This document shows, one piece after another, positions 54,028-64,000 of a stretch of 64,000 bases of DNA. Below the pieces are notes generated by a model, which was not told the DNA's origin, did not search any database, and worked only from the letters and a program-made list of their open reading frames with translations. Source of the DNA: Hemiscyllium ocellatum (Eukaryota); the NCBI RefSeq assembly GCF_020745735.1, contig NC_083410.1:84634042-84698041 (forward strand), read 5' to 3'. Numbering within the stretch: the stretch's first letter is position 1; each line of letters starts with the position of its first letter. A program made the translations under genes and the position numbers.

Positions 54028-54199
54028 TACTTTGTTGTTCTCTAATGATATTCCTGAGCATAATTGACAGGTGTGACAAAGATTGATAGCTGATGATGGC
54101 TGTGCTACCTGTGCAGCTGAACAGTTCACACTTGTTCCAATACTGTTGCTTGCTTAATAGTTAGCTAAAGATGTAACTATAGGTATTTATTAAACTAAA

Positions 54200-54610
54200 T
54201 GTCGGCTGTGGCTCAGTGTAACACTTTCACCACTAAATCACAGCATTGTACCCTCATTGTCACTGGAGGGAGATAGTTCACTGGGAATGTGAGCATAAAA
54301 TCTAAGCTGTTGCTTCAGTGTTGCAGCAATAATTAAACTGAGATCCCTTTAAACCTATTGGGACATAAAGCAATCCGATGTTACTGTTTTGAATATTGAA
54401 TCTATTGTTTAACCATCATCTTTTTAACAAAAAGGAAAGTTGATCTGGTTATTATTATACTGCTGATTTGAGAATTTAATGTATTTAAATTGGCTGCCCT
54501 GTTTCCTACATCACAGCAATGACTTCTTTTCAAAATGTAGTCACTTGGTTGTGATGCATTTTGGGAAATGTTCGAGGTTGTGGAAGTCACTTTTCAGATG
54601 CCAGTCTTTT
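54200..54610 (+). mobile_element. DeuSINE-like element
   Basis: GTGGCTCAGTG head, Deu-like core, tail GCATTTTGGGA. Confidence 0.5.
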
Positions 54611-54899
54611 GTGTTTGAAGTATTATTTAGACACCTCTCTCTGGCCTAGAAACACAAATTAGAAATGAATCAATAGGAAGTACCCCATTTTAATAGTTAC
54701 TCCAATGTTTAATTTATAGTTTGTAAGAAGGAAAGCAAAAACAACTAAATTGCTCTGAATCATTTTCACCAATTTTGCTCAACTGATAAAATTGTCATCT
54801 CTTTGCTGGAAGGATATGTTTTCAAATTTTTCATCAGTCATTGTGCATGGAACCTCAACTGCAGCTCAGCAATAAGCTGAGAAAATCTGGCCACTGATG

Positions 54900-55488
54900 T
54901 GCTAACCATTATGGTAATGTGGTGCAATGAGAACAATCTCTCAATGTCGTCAAAGCTAAGGAACTGATCGTTGACTTCAGAAAGAAAGCAGGAGAACACG
55001 CTCCCATCTACATCAACAGAACTGAGGTTGAAAGGGTAGAGAATGTCAAGTTCCTCAGATTGATGATAACCGATATCCTGGGCTTCCATTGTAGATGCAA
55101 CTCTCAAGAAGGTACAACAACACCACTTCCATACATGGACTCCATTTATGCGGCTCACTGCCGCAGAAAGACTGGCACCATTATCAAAGACCCATCGCAC
55201 CCTGGTAATGAACTCCTACAACCTCTTCAGTCAGTCAGAAGATATAGAAGTCTGAACACATATACCAGCAGGTTCAGGAACAATTCTCCCCAGCCATTAT
55301 TAGACTGATGAATGGGCTGTCTAGCCTCCTATAATTCTGATCTTGCTTAGCGCACACCCTGATAATTTAACCAGTATGCCTCTGTCTAAGTCTTTTTGAT
55401 CTGTACATCCTTGATTACTATAATCTGTATTGCTCGTAAACAAAATTTTTCACTGTATCTCTGTACAGTGACAATAAATCAATCAATG
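54900..55488 (+). mobile_element. Rex1/Babar-type LINE 3' fragment
   Basis: WCNENNL...KELIVDFRKKAGEHAPIYINRTEVERVENVKFL and IIKDPSHPG; AATAAATCAATCAAT tail. Confidence 0.75.
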
Positions 55489-55944
55489 TGAAGCATTAAG
55501 CTGATGTCTGACTGTGTTCATGGGTACTAGCAATCCCTTGACACTGTTTGGTCAGCACCAGGTTAACTTACTTGTTCTCTATAATGTTCTTATTGTCAAT
55601 AAACATGGCACAAAATGAACAGATTAGTAACTTATTTAATCTAATTTGCTTTTATAAAAACCTTTTCTATGCAAAGTATTTGCTATGATTATTCACCTAA
55701 CAATAGTGGGTTCATTTCAGGACAGAAAAACTTACTTGCCTTTCATAATCTCAAGAAATGCTAAAGGATTTCATTGTCATCAAACTGATATTGAGTTTGC
55801 AAATGTGGTTGGAAAAGAGCAAGTAAATAGAACAGGCAACTTGCACAAGCAAGGTCCCAGAATTAACAAGTGATAATTTATTTTCTTTTGTGTTATTGCT
55901 TGAAAGATCAACATTGATGAAGATAATTCTACTGTTTTGAGACC

Positions 55945-57900
55945 AGTAGAAATAGGACCACACGTAAGCCATTTAGCCTATCAAATGTAGTGCATTGTTC
56001 AATGTGATCATGATTGATCTGATGATTCCCACTTTCCTGCCTTATCCCCATAACCCATAATTCCCTTAATGATTAGAAATTTCTGTCTTGAATATACTTA
56101 GTGACATAGCCTGCACAGCTCTCTGCGGTTTCAACAAATTCTTTACACAGCTCTCTCCACAAATTCACTCCTCTCTGAGAAGAAAAAAACTCCTCACCTC
56201 TGTCTAAAATGGACATCTCTGAGAGTATGTCCTACACTTCCACAAGGAGCAACAATCTCTCTACATCTACCCTATCAAGCCCTCAAGAACCATGTATGTT
56301 TCAGTAAAGTCTCTATTTCTTCTAAACTCCAATGAGTACAAGCCCAAACTACTCAACCTCTCCTCCATCTTGATCGACCTAGTAAACCTTCTCTGGATTA
56401 CCTCCAATGCCAGTATAACTTTCCTTTGAAAAGGGAACCAAAACTATTCATAGTATTCCAATTATGGTCTGTCTTGTGCCTATGTGGACTTAGCATGACT
56501 TCCCTATTTTTATACTCCATTCTCTTTAAAATAAAGGTCAACATTCCATTTGCCTTCCCTATTATCCACTGGACTTGAATGTTTTAGTTTGTGATTCAAG
56601 CACTAAGACATCCAAATCACTCTTTGCGGTAGCTTTCCGTCTTTCTCCATTTTAAATAATATTCACCCCTTCTATTCTTACTGTCAAAGTACATAAACTC
56701 ACATTTACTCACACTATATTCTATCTACCAAGTTTTTACCCACTCACTTAACCTATCAATATGTCTCTGTAGACATCTTGTGTTGTCCACACTACTTGCG
56801 TTCCCTGCTTGTGTCATTGGCAAACTTGGCCATAGTTCATTTCTGTCATCCAAGTCATTAATATATACTGTAAATAACTGTGTGGTCTCACCAATCCCTA
56901 TGGCATTCCACTTGTTACAGGATGTCATCTCCAAATTCTGTCTTTTAGCCAATCCTCTATCTATGCTAATATACTAGTCTCAACACTCTTGACTTTGATC
57001 TTGTTCAGTAATCTTATATATGGAACATTATTAAATGCCTTCTGGAAATCCAAGTAAATTAAAGCTACTGCTTCCCATTTATTTTCCCTTCTTGTTAGTT
57101 CCTCGAAGAACTGTAATAAATTTGACAGGCATAATTTCCCCATCATGAAATTATGCTAACTCTGCTTTTATAATTTTATGTATTCTAAATGTTCTGCTGT
57201 TGTATCCTTTTATAATAGAATATAACATTTTCCCAATGATAGTGTTAAGTTAACTGTCCTACAGTTATTTGTTTTTTGTCATGCTCCTTTTTGTAGAAGA
57301 TTATTACATTGACAGGTTTCCAATTCTGTATTCAGAATTTAAGAATTCATGGAAGATTACTACCACTGTATCCACTACCTCTGCAGCTACTTGGATGCAA
57401 CCCATCAAGTCCAAGGGACATTTAGCCCTTAGTTTCCAGAGTACTTATTCTCGAGTGATCATTATTGTGTCTATTCTCCTTCCTCTCCTATTAAGCCTCA
57501 TGACTATTTAATATTTTTGAAATGCCATTAATGTTCTCTACTGTGAAGACTGATGCAAAGTATTTATTTAACTCCTCTGCCATTTTTAGCCCCTCCATCA
57601 TAATTTCTCGAACCTCATTCTCTAAGGTGTTTACGTTTCCCTTTTCCTTTTTTAAAGAAACCCGTACTGCATGGTTTTGTATTTCTTTCTAATCTGTCAT
57701 TATAATTAATTTTCTCCCTCTTGTTTCTTTTTTGATCAGCATTGTTGGCTTTCAAAACTTTCTCAATTCTGATTTACCACTAATCTTTTCCACATTCTAT
57801 ATCATTTCTTTCAATTTGATACTGACCTTAACTTCTGTGGTTAACCATAGTCAGTTTATCCCATTCCTAGAATCCTCCTTCCTCACTGGGATATATCTTT
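55945..57900 (-). mobile_element. Old CR1 LINE, ORF2 plus 3' UTR
   Basis: CLSNLLQFFEE, IYLDFQKAFNNVP, LFTVYINDLD. Confidence 0.85.
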
Positions 57901-59137
57901 TTGAAATAGTGCAATATGATCAAAACCAGAGAGTACAACTGTAGCCTGGTCTGAAAGACTGACCTTTGACAGCATTGGATTTTGTGCTCTGGTTCCTGGA
58001 ATAGAACTTATAGTCACAATGTCCTGAATGAACTGTGAAAAGTATTCCCCACAGCTGCAAATGCCCTTTAAAAAGAGTAATAAATTAGACCTGAAGTTCT
58101 TTTTGCGACTAGTTATGTTTACACTTCTCCATCATGCAATGTACAGAAGGAACAGTTTCCATATATGGAGATGAGATGATATATCTGTCTGTCCAGACTG
58201 AAACTCTGGCTTCAAAATAAAAATGATACGCTTAAAATCAGACTATAGAATAATATACAAAACAAGAGCTCTAATATTTGGTTAGAGCTGAAATGGATTG
58301 AAATTTTTATTTTAAATTAATGTGGGAATGCAGCATGTTGACACGTGCAGGGGTAAAGAAACAAATTCTGAGGCAGGAACGTTGCTGTTGGATATTATTG
58401 AACTTCACCCAATATACAAATGCTTTAACAATGCTTTATAATCAGGAAGTGGCAGGTTGAAATCCTGTGAATTGATAAGTGTAAGCAGCTTAAGTTCCAT
58501 GAAATAAACACTTGCAAGGAAAAGTAAATCAGCATATCTTTGTTTACTTTCTACCATGTTGCAGTTATTGTTCTAACAAGTCCAGCATTGTTAAAAGGAA
58601 GTTGTTTCCATAGTGATTTGAATTCTGCACTTGTTTGGAATACTTTGCCGTTTCCAACCAGTTGTCAAATCTTACAACTGAGTTGGAAGCCATTCAGCCC
58701 ACATTGCCTGTGATGGCCTTTTGAAATAAGTATCCTATTAGTCCCATGCCCACTGGCATTTTACCATAACTCTTAATGTTTCCCAATGTTCAATAGAAAA
58801 TTGATCAGTTCGCTCTCAATAGTAACTGTTGAACCTGCTTCTGAAACATTTCCAAGCACTGTATTGTAGATCTGAATAAAATACCACATTATAACAATTT
58901 TCCTTATTCACCTTTGGCTTGTTTGTCAATTATCTCACCCATGACTTACAGCTACTGACAATCTGCTAGTGGCAACTGTTTCTCCTTATTTACGATATCA
59001 AAGCCATTCAGATTTTGAATACCCCTTAACTTGCTCTAAGGTGAGTAATCCCTGCTATTCTCATCTTTTAATTCAAGTTGCACTTAAAGGTAAAAAAATC
59101 TTTTAGAAATTTCATTCCAACAAAAGCAGACTTCTGA

Positions 59138-59326
<189 letters not shown>

Positions 59327-59389
59327 TAAATCTCCCAAATGTCTCAAAGAAGAATTAAAATAATTTGAAATTATTTTATATTGATCCAG

Positions 59390-60279
59390 AAAATCATACA
59401 GGACAAAGCAATCCATTTTCTTTGTTGTGTCCATGCTAGCTATATGCCAAAACCTTCCACCTAATCTGACCCCCTTACTTTTTTTCTGTATCCTCTCATT
59501 CTTTTCCCTTTTCAAGCACATATAAAAACTCATTTTAAAAGTTACTATTGAATCAGCATCCATCATCCTTTTAGGCAGGGTATTTCAGATCATAACAATC
59601 TTCCACGTAAACTAAAATCTCTGCTCACTTTCGTTTTTCTGCCAATAATCTGCAGTCTGTTTCCTTTGGTGGTGATCCTCCTGCCAGTGGAAAGTTTCTT
59701 CCTTTCACCTAAAGCAAAACCCTTAAATTGTGAACATCCCTGTTAAATCTCAGTTGTCTCAAAGAACAATCCCAGCTTCTTAGTCTCTTTATGAAACTGA
59801 AGTCCCTAGTTCCGTGTACCGTTTTAGCAAATTTTCTCTGCATCCTCTCCAAGGCTTTGACATCCTTTTCTAAAACATGGTACTTACAATTGGATTCAGT
59901 GTCCCCGCTGAGACTTAACCAGTGATTTATAAAGGCTCAGTATAACTTCCTTGCTTATGTATTCTTTGTTTCAATTTATAAACTCCTGGATCCCATATGC
60001 ATTTTTAAATGTTTCAAATTGGTCTGTCACAATGAAATACTTGTTTCTAAAGTCCCACTCCTATGCCTCTCAACCTGGATATTCTGTGTTCCTGCACAAC
60101 TTTTGTAATTGTAAGATTTTCCTTACAATTACATTCCCTCATTATTCTTTCAGAATGTGTTATTTCTGTCATTTCTACATTAAATTGTGTCTGCCTTCTG
60201 TCACACATTTTAAGCAGTTTGTCTGTCCTGAAGCTTGCTCTGCCTATGACTTTACCAAGTTTTGTCATCTGCAAAATTT
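59390..60279 (-). mobile_element. Old CR1 LINE 3' part filling the DZANK1 intron between coding exons 2 and 3
   Basis: Minus-strand TTTGCAGATGAC (FADD) at ~60264-60275, followed by QFNVE and a CR1-like tail. Confidence 0.7.
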
Positions 60280-60293
60280 CTGTTGACTATTAG

Positions 60294-60423
60294 AGATGGT
60301 CGAGAGAGTGGTGTGGTGACCAAGGTGTTTTTTGTGGAGTATATACAGCCCAATGCAGTGGAGATATTGGAGGATGATGATAAGAATTTCATACAAGATT
60401 ATGCAAAGGAGCTTTCCAGACAG
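60294..60423 (+). CDS. DZANK1: DZANK1 coding exon 3, DGRESGVVTKVFFVEYIQPNAVEILEDDDKNFIQDYAKELSRQ
   Basis: Resembles human DCRQSGIVTKVFHVDY; tattag| and |gtaagt splice sites; gene continues beyond the window. Confidence 0.92.
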
Positions 60424-61769
60424 GTAAGTATATGTAGTAACATACTGTTGATAGGTCACATGTTCCAAGGACTGGAGTGAGATTTGGGTAATCCTGAACA
60501 GGTTCATAGAAGTTCATTAATTCGTTACGTGAGTCGAAGAATGATCCATGAGAGATTCTTCTAATGTTGGCTTCGTGAAGGTCCACCTTCTTGTTGGAAT
60601 AGTGAAAACCATAAAATTGTAATAGCTTGTCATGTCAGTACATAGGAACAGGAAAAGGCGAATTAATCTTTTGTTTCCCTTTTCTGTTAGGCTATGACTG
60701 TTCTACACCTCAGCTTTATTAATCTGTCTCCTTCACTTTATCATCTTGCACTTAGTGGCTTCTGAGGCAGACAGAGCACATGCATTTCCGTAGCTCAGTT
60801 TTCCTGCTACAATCAATCCAGTTTCACAATTTCCTGAATGATCAAGATCTAACTTCAAGAATTTAAAGAAAGAGATAATTTATAAAACAGCTGATGAAAG
60901 TGTGGTGATAGGGAAACACTGTTGTAACTATTTCAATGGCGTTAATAATGGATATTTAAAGAAGAAGCCTCAACGATGAAAGTACCCAGTTTCTTTCTTT
61001 TTATCTGATTAAATCTTCCAGATTCAATTTAAACAGTTCAACCACGTTGTGGACAACATAGATTTGATCTCTATAATGTGTTTCTAGGTTAGGTGGGTAC
61101 ACGTGTTCTGTACTATCAATGAATAAGGAACACTACGGGAAAAACATAGACCGAACATCATTTACCCATTTTCCACAATGTAATGAGATTAAGTAATGTG
61201 ATCTTGACTGATCCACATCCAAATTCAATCTATCTACTTTAGTTTGTCGAACAATATGCTTGAATTACAAAAGTCGAAACATCTCAGACTTAAACATGGA
61301 GCTATCATCTACTGCATTTTGTGGGAGAGAATTTCGTACATCTACCATCCTTTATCTATTCTCTTTATTCTTTCCTGAATGACCTGGCTTTCATTTTAAG
61401 GTTACAGTCTGCTTTTCTTGACTCCTTCAACAAATTTTTTAAAATGTTCTATTCTTCTCTGACAACTTATTTGAAAATTCTAAAAACCTCAATATAATCT
61501 CCTTTTAACCATGTGTATTTCAAGACATAGAAGTAATTTATGGGATCACTTTTCAATTTGTCCTTCGGAGCTGTGGTGACAATCTAGTGGATTTACATTG
61601 CATTCCTACCAAGGCCAGTGTAAAATTTCGAAGATGTGGAGTCCTGAACTGCACACAGCACTGTAACTTAGGTTTTGTATAGCTGCAGCAAAACTTCCTC
61701 CCAATTAAATAATAGCCTTCCAGAACTAAACATCAACATAAAGGTGCCAGTAATAGCTAAATAGCACTC

Positions 61770-62130
61770 TGGTCAAAAGGTTGAAAGTTCAAATTCCACG
61801 GCAGGACTCCAGCACAAACATCAAGTTTGATGATCCAGTGCAGTGCAGTTGGAGCATTGCACTGTTGATATCTTGTCAGTTGAATAAGATGTTGTTAAAG
61901 ATCCTGTGGCGCTATTTTGAAGAAGAGCAATGAAGAGTCCTGACCAATACTTATTCAGTCAATTTCAGTCAAACACATTATTTAACCATTACCACATTTC
62001 TGTTTGTCAGAACTTGCTATCCTCAGGCTGCCATGTTTCTTACTTTGTAACATGACTAATCTTCAAAACTAATTTAAGACACTATGATTTGTCCTGTGGT
62101 TGTGAAAAGCATGATGTAAATATAGTCTTT
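61770..62130 (+). mobile_element. DeuSINE-like element
   Basis: AAAGATCCTGTGGCGCTATTTTGAAGAAGAGCA Deu-like core after a B-box-like GTTCAAATTCC. Confidence 0.55.
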
Positions 62131-62588
62131 TGTTCATTTATCTTTTACCTGGTTGATTTATTTCTTCTGTACTTGTTACATTGCCGTAACGTTAGCACTA
62201 TGGAAGCAACAGACTACTAACATTTCAAGCAAAAGAGGATCTAACCTCCTCTCTTGACATTCCCTGGCAATGCCTTTGCTGAATTCCACACCATTAATAT
62301 CCAGTGGTGACCAATGATCAAAAACTTAATTGGACCAGCCACATAGTCGTACTGGCTACAAGATCAAGTCAAAGGGTTAGAGTTTTGCTCATGGAAACCT
62401 GAAGCCATACTGCTATTTACAAGGCATAAGTCTAGATTATAATGGAATTCTCCACACTTGCCTAGATGGGTAAAGGTCAATATTCCAACACCTCAGTACT
62501 GACTCAGAAACAGTTGCCCACTTGATTGGCCCTCAAATATTATCTTTGACTTTTATTGTATCATGAGGCAATGGCAACTCTGGGGGCC

Positions 62589-63685
62589 TTTGAAGAAGGA
62601 GGCCATCTGGGTTGTTCGGTATTGGAATTGGTCTTTGAAGAAGGATGGCCTCCTACTTCAAAGACCGCAATTTCCCGTCAGACGTGGTTGACGATCCTCT
62701 CCACCACATCTCCTCCACTTCCCTCTCCTCCGCCCTTGAACCCCGCCCCTCCAATCGCCACCAGGACAGAACCCCACTGGTCCTCACCTACCACCCCATC
62801 AACCTCCATATACATCATATCATCCGTCGTCATTTCCGCCACCTCCAAACAGACCCCATCACCAAGGATATATTTCCCTCCCCTCCCCTATCAGTGTTCC
62901 GGAAAGACCACTCCCTCATCAGGTCCACACCCCCCACCAACCCAACCTCCACTCCCGGCACCTTCCCCTGCAACCGCAAGAAATGCAAAACTTGCGCCCA
63001 CACATCCCCCCCTCACTTCCCTCCAAGGCCCCAAGGGATCGTTCCATATCCGTCACAAATTCACCTGCACCTCCACCTCCACACACATCATTTACTGCAT
63101 CCGTTGCACCCGATGTGGCCTCCTCTACATTGGGGAGACAGGCCGCCTACTTGCGGAACATTTCAGAGAACACCGCTGGGACATCCGCACCAACCAACCC
63201 AACCGCCCCATGGCTGAACACGCAACTCCCCCTCTCACTCCACCAAGGACATACAGGTCCTTGGCCGCCTCCATCGCCAGACCATGGCAACACGACGTCT
63301 GGAGGAAGAGCGCCTCATCTTCCGCCTAGGAACCCCTCCAACCACAAGGGATGAAAGCAGATTTCTCCAGCTTCCTCATTTCCCCTCCCCCCACCTTATC
63401 TCAGTCCCAACCCTCAGACTCAGCACCGCCTTCTTGACCTGCAATCTTCTTCCCGACCTCTCCGCCCCCACCCCTCTCTGGCCTATCACCCTCACTTTAA
63501 CCTCCTTCCACCTATCGCATTCCCAACGCCCCTCGCCCAAGTCCCTCCTCCCTACCTTTTATCTTAGCCTGCTCGGCACACCCTCCTCATTCCTGAAGAA
63601 GGGCTTATGCCCGAAACGTCGATTCTCCTGGTCCTTGGATGCTGCCTGATCTGCTGCGCTTTTCCAGCAACACATTTTTCAGCTT
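62589..63685 (+). mobile_element. Penelope-like element (Neptune type), 5'-truncated: RT thumb, Cys linker, GIY-YIG endonuclease, terminal repeat
   Basis: PLVLTYHP, FPCNRKKCKTC, IIYCIRCTRCGLLYIGETGR; hammerhead-like CUGAAGA-AGGGCUUAUGCCC-GAAA-CG-UC at 63593-63620. Confidence 0.9.
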
Positions 63686-63736
63686 TCACTGTATCATGTA
63701 AACAGTGCCTTACCGTCTACAAAACCTGCACCTATG

Positions 63737-64000
63737 TTGTGGTTCTGCTCGCCGAGCTGGAAGTTTTTGCTGCAAACGTTTCGTTCCCTGGCTAGGGAAC
63801 ATCATCAGTGCTGTTGGAGCCTCGTGTGAAGCGCTGCTTTGATGTTTCTTCCGGTATTTATATTGGTTTGTTCTTGTAAATACCGGAAGAAACATCAAAG
63901 CAGCGCTTCACACAAGGCTCCAACAGCACTGATGATGTTCCCTAGCCAGGGAATGAAACGTTTGCAGCAAAAACTTCCAGCTCGGCGAGCAGAACCACAA
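63737..64000. mobile_element. Young fold-back PLE terminal-repeat element (runs to the window end)
   Basis: 124-bp arms 63737-63860 and 63877-64000, 16-nt loop, 2 mismatches. Confidence 0.9.
63926..63965 (+). ncRNA. Minimal hammerhead ribozyme motif (mirror copy at 63772-63811 on minus)
   Basis: GCA-CUGAUGA-U-GUUCCC-UAGCCA-GGGAAU-GAAA-CG-UU-UGC. Confidence 0.75.

Noticed and set aside
62556-63329. 257-aa proline-rich ORF with a Cys motif
   Set aside because: Frameshifted PLE; the proline-rich part is an off-frame reading of C-rich sequence and the end is the GIY-YIG domain.

Overview
Vertebrate genomic DNA, almost certainly shark (elasmobranch), judged from HE1-type V-SINEs, HER1/CR1 LINEs and DeuSINE-like elements. 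It holds the complete coding sequence of POLR3F (RNA polymerase III subunit RPC6) on the minus strand: 9 coding exons, 44777 down to 13058, 945 nt, 314 aa, all GT-AG. Divergently, the first three coding exons of DZANK1 lie on the plus strand (from 52032), the same head-to-head arrangement as in mammals. A third CpG-rich, RFX/ETS-type promoter at about 9.6-9.8 kb has no coding exon I can find in the window. Most of the rest is retroelement debris: CR1, a tRNA-headed LINE plus its SINE, Tx1, Rex1/Babar, Vingi-like, Gypsy and Penelope-like elements (PLEs). The most striking pattern is a recurrent class of fold-back PLE derivatives (0.18-2.5 kb, at least three sequence families). They have inverted arms, minimal hammerhead-ribozyme motifs, a one-sided ~25-35 nt tail and 12-15 bp target-site duplications. 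Exon, TSD and motif coordinates were counted by hand; repeat boundaries are approximate and family names rest on remembered motifs, not database searches.
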